From contig OZ251236.1 of assembly GCA_965240325.2 (NCBI GenBank), positions 558,001 to 622,000 of the forward strand: a stretch of 64,000 nt of DNA, given 5' to 3'. The position numbers and the translations under genes are program-made. Positions 1-12,931 of this stretch are shown one piece after another (position 1 is the stretch's first letter; each line of letters opens with the position of its first letter). The DNA comes from Rebecca billardiae RCC1528 (taxonomy: Eukaryota; Protista; Haptophyta). Under the pieces are notes generated by a model. The model ran no database searches and was not told the DNA's origin. It saw only the letters and a program-made list of their open reading frames with translations.

Positions 1-3000
1 TCAGTGAACCCAAAGGCGACGTACAGCACACGGTCGCCATATGAGCAGCAGCCGCCGCCGGTGACGGTGAGGTGGAGAACGTCGCGCCACCCGCCGTCGT
101 AAACGTTTGCAAGCGGCTCGAGCGACAGGCGAACGGTGAATTCCTCCGGCACGTCGATCGTGGCGATGTGGTTGTTCAATCCAGGCTGGACCGGCCCCGC
201 GAGCTCGAGCAGCACGCCCGGCGTCAACGGCTGCGCCGGAGGGTCGACGAGCTCGCACACGTAGCCGTACGTATTCGTGCACGGGTGATTTGTGGCCCAC
301 TGCGTGCCGCCGCGACGGGGCGGGTCAATCAGCCGCACGCAATCGCCGACATGAGTGTTACGGTTTGGATACCACTCCGTGTACGCGAGCGCCTCGCCAC
401 TCACTGCGAGATAGTCGTCAGTTGAGGTGATGTCGAAGACGCCTATCCACGGCTGGCTCATCGAGATCAAGTCCAGGTGGTAGTACCAGTACTGGAGCTC
501 GATTGCGCTCAGTGGTACGGCCAGTCTGCCGACCAGGCCAGCTGCGATGCCCAGCGCGACGCAAGCCTCCTGCGCCTGCGGGTGGCAGTCGTGGGGCATC
601 CGCCATCGGCGGGCGCGCGCACGCGTGGCAGGCGGCGAGGGGGGATGCATATGAGCGTGGACACTTCTCGCGTACGAGATTATGACGGGGATGCATGGTG
701 GTGGGGGAGGCGCAAGTCGTCGTGTCCATCTCACAGAAGGGGGTGCGCACGCGCGCACACCGCAGTCCCTGAAAGTGATGCAGAGAAGCCCATGAAGCAC
801 TTCTCGACGGCGCCACCTGTCCACACGACGTTGCCGGCGGTGCCCGATGTGCACGCGGCGCCCACGGGCGTGGACGGCGGCGGTGGCGGCGCGCTGGCCG
901 ACAGCTCGCAGATGTACGCCGGCACGATGTTGAGGCATGGCCAATCACCCCACGTGTCGCCATACCAGAAGATCCCGTCGAAGCTGGCGCAGTCCTGGTT
1001 GCCTTGAAGGTTGTTCGGCTGCTCAATCCGCCACGGGTAGAAGCCGGCCAGCTTGGAGTCGCTGCCGCGCACAAACACGTTCTCCGTCTGCGAGTCGCTC
1101 GGCGCGACCCACGCGTCAGCCACACCCGTCAAGTTGAGGTGGTACAGCAAGTACTGCACCTCGCGCTCGCTGCCGGGCAGAAAGAGATGGCCCGACAGCC
1201 CGGCTGACGCGTTGCCCAACGCAGCACAGCCTGCAGCCGCCTGCGCGTGCGTCGCGCTGGTCTTGAAGCCGACGAAGCACTTGTCCACGGCGCCGCCCGT
1301 CCACACGGCAGCCCCCATGTCGCCAACGGAGCACGCGCGGCCCAGCGCAGTCGGCGGTGGCGGCGGTGGTGGAGCGACGAGCTCGCACACGTAGCTGGAC
1401 ACCAGCGCGCACGCATGATGCGTGTAAATGCCGTCGGACGTGCGCATCTGCACGCAGTACGGCGTGCCAGACGCATCTGGAAACCCGTTCTGGCGCGGGC
1501 CGGCCAGCCAGTTGTGCAGTCCCACTGGCTGACCATCGGCGCGCGCCCACTCGCCAAGCGTAAGCGCCGTGGGAGCTCCTTCCGTCTGGTCCTTCATGCC
1601 GATCCATGGGCCGTCGGCTGCCGCCATGCCGAGTGAGCTCGTGTTGAGCTGCGTGAGCGCGAACGCAATCTCGCCGACGCTCAGCGGCGTCAGAAGTCGT
1701 CCGATGTACGCGCCCTCCGTCGCAGTCCCCAGCGACTCGCACGCAGCTTGCGCCTGCGCGCGCGCGCGGGCGCAGCAGGCAGACGACGAGCGCGCGCGCG
1801 GCGCAACACGCCGAGGCGGGGCACGGAGCGCAGGGCGGTGAGCGCAGCGCAGGCGAGGAGCGTTCGCAGGCATGCGTGCGCGCGTACCGCCGCCCACGTG
1901 GTCGTCAGATTCGAGGTGAAGCCCATGATGCACTTGTCGACCACGCCTGAGGTCCAAATGGCGTTGCCAGCGTCGCCCTGCCAGCACGGCGGCACGAACT
2001 GGCCCGCCACTGCTGCGCTTGGCGCCGGGGGCGAGTGTGGCGGGCTCGGCGGCGGGCTCGGCGGTGGCGAAGGCGGCGGCGAGGGCGGTGGCGACGGTGG
2101 CGGCGGCGGGGCCGGTGGGCTCGGAGGTGGCAGGCTCGGCGGCGGGCTCGGTGGCGGCGGGCGCGGAGGTGGCGACGGCGGACGCGGCGGGCTCGGCGGC
2201 GGGCGCGGCGGTGGGCTCGGCGGGGGGCTCGGCGGTGAGCTCGGCGGGGGGCTCGGCGGAGGGGGTGAAAGCGATCGCGTGATGGTGAGGTTGCTCACGC
2301 GATTGGGCTCGTTGGGTTGCGTCATGCCGCTCCGGCTGAGCCCGCCTAGGTACACCCTCACATCCGAGAATGCAGCGCGCACGCCGCCGTTCGCGTATGT
2401 GTGCTCGCAAGCTGTCGACGTGCTGTTTGCGCTGTCCGAAAGCTCGACACGAATGGTGGATAGGGAGAGAGTGGCTGTGATGTGAATCGGCATGCCCGGC
2501 GCGGGAATGTCAAAGACGCCGCAGCCGTCGTCGCTTGCGCCGGAGTGGTCCGTTCTCACGTAGAGGCCGTCAGTGAACCCAAAGGCGACGTACAGCACAC
2601 GGTCGCCATATGAGCAGCAGCCGCCGCCGGTGACGGTGAGGTGGAGAACGTCGCGCCACCCGCCGTCGTAAACGTTTGCAAGCGGCTCGAGCGACAGGCG
2701 AACGGTGAATTCCTCCGGCACGTCGATCGTGGCGATGTGGTTGTTCAATCCAGGCTGGACCGGCCCCGCGAGCTCGAGCAGCACGCCCGGCGTCAACGGC
2801 TGCGCCGGAGGGTCGACGAGCTCGCACACGTAGCCGTACGTATTCGTGCACGGGTGATTTGTGGCCCACTGCGTGCCGCCGCGACGGGGCGGGTCAATCA
2901 GCCGCACGCAATCGCCGACATGAGTGTTACGGTTTGGATACCACTCCGTGTACGCGAGCGCCTCGCCACTCACTGCGAGATAGTCGTCAGTTGAGGTGAT

Positions 3001-4579
3001 GTCGAAGACGCCTATCCACGGCTGGCTCATCGAGATCAAGTCCAGGTGGTAGTACCAGTACTGGAGCTCGATTGCGCTCAGTGGTACGGCCAGTCTGCCG
3101 ACCAGGCCAGCTGCGATGCCCAGCGCGACGCAAGCCTCCTGCGCCTGCGGGTGGCAGTCGTGGGGCATCCGCCATCGGCGGGCGCGCGCACGCGTGGCAG
3201 GCGGCGAGGGGGGATGCATATGAGCGTGGACACTTCTCGCGTACGAGATTATGACGGGGATGCATGGTGGTGGGGGAGGCGCAAGTCGTCGTGTCCATCT
3301 CACAGAAGGGGGTGCGCACGCGCGCACACCGCAGTCCCTGAAAGTGATGCAGAGAAGCCCATGAAGCACTTCTCGACGGCGCCACCTGTCCACACGACGT
3401 TGCCGGCGGTGCCCGATGTGCACGCGGCGCCCACGGGCGTGGACGGCGGCGGTGGCGGCGCGCTGGCCGACAGCTCGCAGATGTACGCCGGCACGATGTT
3501 GAGGCATGGCCAATCACCCCACGTGTCGCCATACCAGAAGATCCCGTCGAAGCTGGCGCAGTCCTGGTTGCCTTGAAGGTTGTTCGGCTGCTCAATCCGC
3601 CACGGGTAGAAGCCGGCCAGCTTGGAGTCGCTGCCGCGCACAAACACGTTCTCCGTCTGCGAGTCGCTCGGCGCGACCCACGCGTCAGCCACACCCGTCA
3701 AGTTGAGGTGGTACAGCAAGTACTGCACCTCGCGCTCGCTGCCGGGCAGAAAGAGATGGCCCGACAGCCCGGCTGACGCGTTGCCCAACGCAGCACAGCC
3801 TGCAGCCGCCTGCGCGTGCGTCGCGCTGGTCTTGAAGCCGACGAAGCACTTGTCCACGGCGCCGCCCGTCCACACGGCAGCCCCCATGTCGCCAACGGAG
3901 CACGCGCGGCCCAGCGCAGTCGGCGGTGGCGGCGGTGGTGGAGCGACGAGCTCGCACACGTAGCTGGACACCAGCGCGCACGCATGATGCGTGTAAATGC
4001 CGTCGGACGTGCGCATCTGCACGCAGTACGGCGTGCCAGACGCATCTGGAAACCCGTTCTGGCGCGGGCCGGCCAGCCAGTTGTGCAGTCCCACTGGCTG
4101 ACCATCGGCGCGCGCCCACTCGCCAAGCGTAAGCGCCGTGGGAGCTCCTTCCGTCTGGTCCTTCATGCCGATCCATGGGCCGTCGGCTGCCGCCATGCCG
4201 AGTGAGCTCGTGTTGAGCTGCGTGAGCGCGAACGCAATCTCGCCGACGCTCAGCGGCGTCAGAAGTCGTCCGATGTACGCGCCCTCCGTCGCAGTCCCCA
4301 GCGACTCGCACGCAGCTTGCGCCTGCGCGCGCGCGCGGGCGCAGCAGGCAGACGACGAGCGCGCGCGCGGCGCAACACGCCGAGGCGGGGCACGGAGCGC
4401 AGGGCGGTGAGCGCAGCGCAGGCGAGGAGCGTTCGCAGGCATGCGTGCGCGCGTACCGCCGCCCACGTGGTCGTCAGATTCGAGGTGAAGCCCATGATGC
4501 ACTTGTCGACCACGCCTGAGGTCCAAATGGCGTTGCCAGCGTCGCCCTGCCAGCACGGCGGCACGAACTGGCCCGCCAC
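1..4579. repeat. Tandem intragenic repeat with a 2569-bp period (about 1.8 units visible)
   Basis: Position 1 (tcagtgaacccaaaggcgacg) recurs at 2570. All six-frame ORFs recur identically at +2569. Similarity ends near 2010/4579. Confidence 0.97.
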
Positions 4580-4615
4580 CGCTGCGACGGCACAAGACGC
4601 AATGGCGAGGTGCAT
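1..4615 (-). CDS. Secreted multi-C-type-lectin protein with LamG-like domain and Ser-Pro (extensin-like) linkers; runs off the left edge of the window
   Basis: The ATG at 4615 gives a signal-peptide-like start (MHLAIASCAVAAVAG). GT-AG introns at 4323-4456 and 3145-3329 recur 2569 bp lower; splicing gives TTTWAA|AQAACES and SGTA|AQEACV. CTLD motifs include WIG, C..YVCE and EQPNN..QDC..WGDWPC, with three CTLDs per unit, then a GGGCCSYGDR domain and (SPPP)n. Confidence 0.85.
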
Positions 4616-5489
4616 GGCAGCGTGCTGATGACGAGGCATGGTGATCTTGGTGTCGAGTCACGCGCTCGTTCGAGGGAGTCGCCGATACGCACCACCCGCC
4701 GGGCGTGAGTAGGTTCTGGAAGGGCGGGAGCACCACCGGCTTCAGCAACCGGTAGCTAATTAGCGCTCACTACAGTACGGTACCGCGGCCCCCATTCGCG
4801 AATTGTAGACGACGAACATGTTCGATGCGGCGCATTCTCGTCGACATCATTGACGAATGTACATACATTCGTGTATGAGAAGAATCTTCGCTGCGGCATT
4901 CTCGTCGAGGTCATTGACGAATGGAGACGAACTAGTACAGTCGTATGGGGGTCGTAAAGAGAACGCAGCTCCTGTAGATCATGGTATCGGATAACCGTAA
5001 TACCTTTTCATCATACAGTATAGTGAAGTTCATAATAAAGTTCATCCGTGATCAGACTACCATGCGTTGATGATGTCAGTGATCAGGCCGGAAGAACTCA
5101 CGAACGGCGCCCCGTGGCAATTACTTCTCGCGCACCGCCGTCATCACAAAGGCCGCCGTAGTATGTTGTCATCCTACAGTATATTTCTGGCCTGATTCAG
5201 TTCGTAATCTCGCCTTCCTGACTATAATCCTGAGCTGTGTGCGTCTCTTTTTCTTAGTAAACTGTACTGATGTAGATTGAGAGGCTGGAATGACCAAGAG
5301 GTATCTTCAGTCTTCAAAATACATACCGCGTGCTACACTCACCGCTACAGTTTCCTCAGAATAAGAGACGCGCATAACTCACGTCGATGCCTCAGGCAGG
5401 CGAGCGGCTTAACGCGGCGTTGGCGCGTCGGATGTCGACGGGGGCGTGGAGGTGCGTCGGGACGTCCCAGCGAATCGTCGACGCGGCGT

Positions 5490-5910
5490 GTCCGTTGGCC
5501 TGCCCACCTGCTGCTCGCTCAAGCATGTTTGCCTTTCCCCGCCGCTCGCCTCTCCCGGCGCTTGACGCCTTGAGGCAACACGCGGTAGTTGCGGCCACCT
5601 TCGAATAGGCCCGCGGCTCAGATCAGGACCGACTTGAACGCGACGCGGCGGAGATTGAGCGCGACTGGTTCACGCTGGACCTTGACCGCTTCGTGCACTC
5701 CCTCGATGCTGTCATCAAAGAAGCCCTCGCGTGGACGACCTTGTCAATCCTTGTCTCTGAAGTCGTCAAGGATCTCGCAGCAAGTCGCCGTTCCTATGGT
5801 TGGGCAGGCCTTCGAAACCTGCTGCTCGGTCCTGACATCTCGTGTGCGTGCGCTGGCCGTTCCGCCGTGTCTCGCAGTCTAGCCCCTAAATGGGTGGGGC
5901 CGGTGGTGCG
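5490..5910 (-). pseudogene. Decayed coding fragment, possibly a transposase C-terminus
   Basis: A minus frame reads ..CEILDDFRDKD*QGRPREGFFDDSIEGVHEAVKVQRE..SVLI*AAGLFEGG..KRRERRAAGKGKHA* with in-frame TGA stops. GFFDDSIEGVH resembles the G-x-x-S/D-E-x-x-E-S-x-H motif near the catalytic Glu of some DDE transposases. Confidence 0.35.
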
Positions 5911-6255
5911 CTGAGACCAAGCCGTGTAGCTCAGCGACCCTAGTAGTCGCCGGCTCGCATGGCCGCGCTGGGCCTGCGCGGCGTACAGTAGTGCTGATGC
6001 CCGGGTTCTGTACTGCGAGCAGTGCGAGCTGCGGGGCTGTATAGTGTATTATCAGCTACGCGCCGTACACTGTAACCTGCCCTCTACTAACTCGGCGGAG
6101 TGTCTGTGCCGGGCCGTTGTATAGACGAGGGGGCCGGGGGACGACGGCGAGGAGCGCTGATCCTGGTGTTTGTCCCTGCTGCTCGATCTGCTGCTACAGC
6201 TTGCTGACTCTGACGCCTGCATGCCCGTTGCATGCCACGTCGTTAAATATAGTAC

Positions 6256-6500
6256 GTCGTCAAGGATCTCGCAGCAAGTCGCCGTTATTCCTATATAGTT
6301 GGGCAGGCCTTCGAAACCTGCTGCTCGGTCATCCTGACATCTCGTGTGCGTGCGCTGGCCGTTCCGCCGTGTCTCGCAGTCTAGCCCCTAACTGGGTGGG
6401 GCCGGTGGTGCGCTGTGAGACCAAGCCGTACAGCTCAGCGACCCTAGCTTACAGTAGTGCTGCTGATAATGCCCGGGTTTTGTACTGCGAGCAGTGCGAG
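6256..6500 (+). repeat. Diverged local duplicate of about 5762-6030
   Basis: gtcgtcaaggatctcgcagcaagtcgccgtt... through ...tgtactgcgagcagtgcgag occurs in both. They differ by several 2-3 bp insertions and one larger indel. Confidence 0.9.
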
Positions 6501-6689
6501 ACTCTGCGGGTCGCTGTATAGCATTGCATTCATTGCGTCGTCATGCAGCTTATTATTAGTCTAGACACAGCATCAGCAGTTAGCAGTCTGAGCAGATGCG
6601 CTACTAAGCGAGGCACGCGGCTGCCAGCTGGCTGCTTCTCGGCCGCCTCCAGAAGGCTGATGCATGCGCTCAGCGCCGGCGCTGGGCAC

Positions 6690-9437
6690 TCAGCGCGGGG
6701 TTGACATGGTCTCGTGACGGCGCAGCAGAGAAGCTGCTGATGACATTCCGCGGCGCTCGTCCTCATCTTGCGGCGGCGGCTGTGCGCCCGCAACGCCCGC
6801 TCCATGGGCGTCATGCTCCGGCGGGCTCGCGGCAGTTGGTCGCGCCCAGGCTGCGCTTGAGACGACGGTGCGTTGTGCGATGCGCGGCTGTGTGCGCGCA
6901 CGGCGCTCGGCGTCGCTGCCCGGCGGCGCCTCCGTCAACCGCCGGCTGGTGGTGCCCACACTTGCCGTGGCGCGCTCGGCGCAGCCTGGCGACACCGCGC
7001 GCGGGGGTGCGCGGAGTGCACGTGGCTCTGCGCTGTGCACCCGCACTGGGTGCCTGGGCGAGGGTGAGCGCGACCGCGAGGCCGCACGTGACGCTGCAAA
7101 CACGTCATCAGCGCGCACATGCAGCCGCGAGCGACGTCCGCCGCGCACGACGACCGGCGGCGCTGCTTTCCACGCGGCCCGCTCGGCCGGCCCGAGAGCG
7201 CGCAGCCGGTGCGCCACCTCGCTCGGGGCACCATCCTCCGAGCCGAGCCGCGCGTGCGTGGGCAGTGCACCCCCGTGTGCGCGCTCCTGCGCGGCGTGCA
7301 GCCGCTGGACGAATTCGTCGAGCGTCTCGTACCCACCGCCGACGCGCAGGCGCAGCTCCAGCGCGCCCACGCCGCGCACGCGACTGTCGCCATCGATGCC
7401 GCCGCGCGCCCCAGCCGCAGCCACCCAGCTGCCGACAGCCGCTGGGCTGCTGCTTGCGCCGAGAGCAGAGCCACCGCCACCGCCAGCGCGCCAGGGCCCG
7501 CCGTTGGCACAACCCGCACCGCCGCCGCCGCCGCCGCCGAGGTGCGCGCCCACACCGCCGCCCCCCGCGCCCGCTCGAGCCGCGCCCGCGTCACCGTCGC
7601 CTGATGCCACGCCCGCAGTGCGCCCGGGCAGCTGCACCGATGCACGCGCACCGCCGACCTCCCACTCGCCAGCGCCGAGGTGGCGGACGGCGGGGAGCCT
7701 GCCGTCGGTGAGCAGCCGCAGGATGAGCGCGGCTCGCATGCGCGCGTCGGCCTCCGCGTCCTCGCCGCCATCTGCGCGCGCGCCCGCGCCCGCAGCGGGC
7801 GAGGACGAGGAGGTCTCTGCGCCGGGGCCGACGGCGGACGCGACGTCACGCAACGCGTCGAGGAGATGCTGCAGCGCGCGCTGTGCACGCGCGTCCTCGG
7901 AGGCGGCGTCCACGCCTCCCGCTACGCTTGGGACGGACGCGTGCCCCACGACCATACCGGCACGCCGGCGCAGTTCGTCCGCGTCCGCGCGCGCGCGCCT
8001 CGCCTCGAGTGCGTGCGCGTGCGCCTCCGAGCGAGCGACTGCGAGCTGGCGGCGCAGCTCGTCGCACTCGGCGCGCGCCTCGGTGGCCTCCGTGGCTCGA
8101 CGCCGCGCCTCTGCTCGCGCGCTGGCGAGCTCGCGCGCGTGCGTCGCTGCTGCCGCGTGCGTCGCCACGGTCGCCGCCGCAGACGCCGCGTCATGTGCTG
8201 CGGCCGCGATCGCCGCGTCGCGCGCCGCCGCCGCGCGGTGCGGGCCCCCGCCGCTCAGCGCGGCCGCGCCAGCCACGGGCGCCATGGGGCTCGGCCACGC
8301 GAGCCCGGGCGTGGCGTGACGCACACGCGAGGGGGAGCTGAGGTGCGAGCCGCTGCGCGCGCCCCTCCGCCCGACGCCATCGCCGCCATCGCGATCGTCG
8401 CCATCCCGACCACCGTCGGCAAGGCCGGAGTGCGCGTCGGCCGCCACCGCCTCGACTGCGGCGGCCGCTCGCTCCAGCGCGCCCAGGGCGCGGCCGTCGG
8501 CGGCAGAGGCTGCGTCGTGGTCGTGGGCGTGCGCGGCGTGTGCTGCGAGTGCCAGGCGCTCGAGCTCACGCAGCTGCTCGGCCAGCGCGCGCAGCCCCTC
8601 GGATTCCGCCGCGCCTGAAGCCCCCTGCGACTGCGGCTGCGGCTGCGGCCCCTGCTCCGCGCCCGCCGCCGCCGCCGCCGCCGCCGCGCTCGCGGCCGCA
8701 CTCAGCTGCGCGGCCTGCGCGCTGGTGAGCAGCTCGTGGAACGCGGCGGCGCGCAGCGAGACGGTGGCCTGGCGCGAGTGCGACGCGCTCTCCAGACTGC
8801 CGCGTGCCTCGGCGAGCGCGTCCAGCGCGTCGTCCAGCGAGGCGGCGATCTGACGCAGCATGGCGCCGTGGGCGCTGGACGCGCTCCCGGCCACCGCCGC
8901 CTGCGGGACGCGTCGCGTGCGCGCACGTGGGGAAAGGGGGTTTAGCAGCATGGGCGTGGGGCCAGGCACGGCTGGTCAAAAGCGCGCATCGCGTCCGCGC
9001 CCAGTCGCGCGCACCTCGGCGCGTTCGATCTCGAGCTCGTGTGCGCGCGTGCGCGATGCGTCGAGCTCAGCCAGCCGGTGCTCGCGCGCGTCGACGCGGG
9101 CCTCGCGCGCGGTGAGCTCGGAGGCGTGCTCGCGCCGCGCTGACTCAACAAGAATGCGTGTCTCGCTCAGTCGCTCGCGCAGCTCGTGCGCCTCGGTGCG
9201 CGACTCGTGTAGCTGCGCGCGCGAGGCATCGAGCTCTCTCTCGAGCGCGCCCAGCCGCGCTCGGCATGCATCGGCGGAGCCGCGCGCCTCGGCCTCGCGG
9301 CGGCGCGAGACAGCAAGCGCCTCCTCGAGCGCGCCAAGACGCAGCGAAACCGCCCTGCGCGTCTCGTGCCACAGCTCGGTGCGCTCATGCCGCGCGTCGT
9401 ATGACGCCTGCACGAGCGCGAGCTCGGCCGAGGTCAT
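6690..9437 (-). CDS. Coiled-coil protein with a GAS2/GAR (microtubule-binding) motif
   Basis: Exon 9437-9015, intron 9014-8901 (GTGCGC..CCGCAG), exon 8900-6690. The N-half has E/R/A-rich heptads. LRLRVGGGYETLDEFV matches the GAS2 signature VRVGGGW..LDEFL. Confidence 0.7.
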
Positions 9438-9616
9438 CTCGGGCGGTCGTGACCAGCAAGAAGGTCGTAAAATGGCAAGCCCTGTTTCACCGTTTCAGCC
9501 TGTCTTGGTTTGAGGTGGTTACTGCCGTTGCAGGTTGGTGTTCCGGACGCACGGCGGCGCCCGGACCACAGCTCGAATACTGTTGGGTTGGCCACGCCTG
9601 CGCGCAGTCAATCACG

Positions 9617-10147
9617 ATGACGCTTGGCGGCGGAGTGCCCAAAGTTGGCGGGCTCAGCGGCTACGCTGAGCCCGCGACGCTCCGGTGCGTGGGGTCTTTC
9701 CATGAGCAGTTCCGTGTACCCGTGCTCAGTGCGCCGCGCATTCCATCCGAGGAGCGATGCCGCCTGCGCGTCGATCTCCTGCAAGAGGAGCTGGACGAGT
9801 TGAAGGTGGCGATCGCAGAGCAGGACATGGTGGGCGTGGCTGATGCGCTGGCCGACCTGCAGTACGTGCTCGCCGGCACCGTGCACGAGTTCGGCCTCGG
9901 GCGGCGTTTTGGCTCCCTTTTCGACGAGGTGCACCGCTCGAACATGAGCAAGGCTTGCGCGTCGAAGCATGAGGCAGAGCTCACGGTCGAGCAGTACGCC
10001 GCCAAAGGCGTGGACGCTCGGATCGAGCTCGTCGGCGAGAGCTACCTGGTCTACCGTGTCCCGGACGGGAAGGTGCTCAAGAGCGTCCACTACAGCCCCC
10101 CGGAGCTCGGTGGCATCCTCGAGGCGCCTGTGCACGGCTACAAGTAG
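9617..10147 (+). CDS. MazG-like (all-alpha) NTP pyrophosphohydrolase, DR2231/PRA-PH-like
   Basis: Motifs LLQEELDEL..VADALADLQYV..FDEVHRSNMSK..DGKVLKS..Y.PP. Intronless; ATG at 9617, in frame with ORF 9158-10147. Confidence 0.85.
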   Translation: MTLGGGVPKVGGLSGYAEPATLRCVGSFHEQFRVPVLSAPRIPSEERCRLRVDLLQEELDELKVAIAEQDMVGVADALADLQYVLAGTVHEFGLGRRFGSLFDEVHRSNMSKACASKHEAELTVEQYAAKGVDARIELVGESYLVYRVPDGKVLKSVHYSPPELGGILEAPVHGYK

Positions 10148-10698
10148 TCCCTGACGACATCAGACCTCGACGCATGATCTGAGTTTGGACCATGTGGCCG
10201 ACAAGGGCGACACGCGGGCGCTGTGCAGTGTGCACCTACGATACAGAAATCAGTGCTTTTCTCGAGTCAGATGATGCACTACACCGTCACCGTACTGGCC
10301 GCGCCCCTCACTCCTCACAGACCTCAGCAGACAAGCACGGCCGCTACTCTCGGCCTTCGGCTCCGCACTCCGGGCCCCGGCACGCCGGTGCCACTGCCCG
10401 GTCCGCGCCCCGGACTCGCGATAGAGTACAGTTTACTATGCGATTTAACGTGACACAACCGTGCCCGTGGCTTAGACATGGCACTGGCCACAGCTACCAC
10501 TCACCAGCACCGTGGGCCGTGCCGTGCCCGTGCGGACTCGGGACGACCGAAGACACAATGCGCGGCTCGGACTGACGCAGCGCATCTAGTCGCGCCCACG
10601 GCGTTGTCAGTGTCGGCGATGTGCGCCAGCGAGACCGCGCTGGCGAGTTAGAGTGGTCCTTGACAGGCCGACAGCCCGCCCGGGCCCGCTCGCGGCTT

Positions 10699-12882
10699 GA
10701 GACCCCTTCAGGGAAATCGTGCTCGGCTGGGGTCGCGGCTGCGCTGGCGAGCGGCTGAGGTCGGACCTCAGCCGAGCCGAGGCCGGCTGAGGTCGATCTC
10801 CACATTGAACATACGGGGAAAGCGCGAGATAGTAGGCGCCGCGCGCGCCGAGGCGCCTTGCGCCTCCTCGCACGTCGCACCGACGCGTGGCACGCGACTC
10901 ACGCGGCTGCGCATCGGCGCTGAGGTACAAGGGTCCATCCGCGCCGATCGCGCGCGTGCGCACGCCCTTCCTCGCCGCTGCGGCAGGCGCACGCGCTTCG
11001 CGAGCCGCCATGCGTGCGCTGGGAGGCAAAAGCGCACGCGCGCGGCGAGGCACGTTGAACGCCCCAGACGCAGCGATGCGTCGTATGGCGTAGCACATGT
11101 CACACGCGTGCTCTCAGCTTCGCGTGGCGCCGCGCGTGTGCACGGTCTCGGCGGTGCGCGTCGCGCGCTTTGCGCAGCCGCCAGCACACAGCCAGCTGAC
11201 CCACGTGCGCCCGGCGTCGTCGAGTGGGCTGTGCACTGCGCGCACGAGGCGTGGCGCTGCGTGCCTGGCTCGTGGATGGTATGATGCCCGCGCTCTGCGC
11301 CCCTCCTGGCGCTTGGCCAGCGATGTGTACCTCCGCGGCCAAGCTGTTCCGCGGCGTGGCAGGCGGTGCGATCGCAGGGCGCGGCCGGTTCCAGCCGCCG
11401 GCTCGCCGGCCATGCGCACCGGGACATGCGGTGCCATGTCGGCCTCGCGAGCGCGCGCGGGTGTCACGTAGTGATGCAACTGCCCCTCGGCGGCCGCAGG
11501 GCGGTCGCGGCCGCAGCCTGGCGCCCTGGGATCGCGCATGGCGGTCAGCTCATGCATCAGGCAGGCGAGCACGACAGCAGCCAGGCGCACTGTGAATCGG
11601 CCGCGGCCGTCTGCTGGTTCTAGCTCGCCTCTCGGACGAGTGACCGAGACTCGTCAGCCCACGCCATTTGGTTGTCGGTAGCAAACGGGTGGACTTCCGC
11701 TGGCGCTGCTGATGATCAATAGGCTGTCGCAGCAACATATCGTCGCCTGTTGCTAGCTGGCATCTCTCATCTGCTCAGCGAGCTCTGTGGACTGGGCCGT
11801 GCATGCCGGCATGCGACACAGCAACAGGCATGCTGCATGGTTTTGGCAGCCATCGAGTCACAATGCGACGAATCCTGCCGCCAGACTTGACATGTGCGCT
11901 ACCTGCCCGGCAAATGGCAACGCCCCCATCTCAGAGACATGCCAAGTTGTTCTCGAGTTGCGCTGCACCTGATGACAATACCCGACCTGTGCACTTCGGC
12001 TGCTGTGCTGAGCAACACCGTAGGCCGCAACCAGCTTGTCAATCAGATCAGCAGCGGGGGACGAGATGAGCCAGGCTGCGGCCGCGACCGCCCTGCGGCC
12101 GCCGAGGGGCAGTTGCATCACTACGTGACACCCGCGCGCGCTCGCGAGGCCGACATGGCACCGCATGTCCCGGTGCGCATGGCCGGCGAGCCGGCGGCTG
12201 GAACCGGCCGCGCCCTGCGATCGCACCGCCTGCCACGCCGCGGAACAGCTTGGCCGCGGAGGTACACATCGCTGGCCAAGCGCCAGGCGGGGCGCAGAGC
12301 GCGGGCATCATGCCATCCACGAGCCAGGCACGCAGCGCCACGCCTCGTGCGCGCAGTGCACAGCCCACTCGACGACGCCGGGCGCACGTGGGTCAGCTGG
12401 CTGTGTGCTGGCGGCTGCGCAAAGCGCGCGACGCGCACCGCCGAGACCGTGCACACGCGCGGCGCCACGCGAAGCTGAGAGCACGCGTGTGACACGTGCT
12501 ACGCCATACGACGCATCGCTGCGTCTGGGGCGTTCAACGTGCCTCGCCGCGCGCGTGCGCTTTTGCCTCCCAGCGCACGCATGGCGGCTCGCGAAGCGCG
12601 TGCGCCTGCCGCAGCGGCGAGGAAGGGCGTGCGCACGCGCGCGATCGGCGCGGATGGACCCTTGTACCTCAGCGCCGATGCGCAGCCGCGTGAGTCGCGT
12701 GCCACGCGTCGGTGCGACGTGCGAGGAGGCGCAAGGCGCCTCGGCGCGCGCGGCGCCTACTATCTCGCGCTTTCCCCGTATGTGGAGATCGACCTCAGCC
12801 GGCCTCGGCTCGGCTGAGGTCCGACCTCAGCCGCCAGCGCAGCCGCGACCCCAGCCGAGCACGATTTCCCTGAAGGGGTCTC
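10699..12882. mobile_element. Foldback non-autonomous element, copy 1 (arms 10699-11522 and 12070-12882; 547-bp spacer)
   Basis: Termini are GAGACCCCTTCAGGGAAATCG...CGATTTCCCTGAAGGGGTCTC and the arms are near-perfect reverse complements. The left arm has extra 4-bp and 7-bp insertions. No clear TSD. Confidence 0.93.
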
Positions 12883-12931
12883 GCGCCCTGCTTGCCGCGA
12901 GCTAGCGCGCGACAGCTGGCGAGCGGAGCGC

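Noticed and set aside
4832-4923. Two 28-bp near-identical hairpin-like repeats with a 36-bp spacer (CRISPR-like)
   Set aside because: Only two imperfect copies, no cas genes, and a eukaryotic context.
10699-10704. Element ends equal BsaI sites (GAGACC/GGTCTC), suggesting a synthetic construct
   Set aside because: Two diverged copies, a natural TSD and no vector parts; the match is coincidental.
10688-12893. Possible 11-bp TSD for foldback copy 1 (gctcgcggctt / gcgccctgctt)
   Set aside because: 3 of 11 positions mismatch, which is incompatible with about 99% arm identity.
10768-12905. ORFs inside the foldback elements
   Set aside because: R/A-rich, mirrored on both strands and with no transposase motifs; a by-product of high GC.
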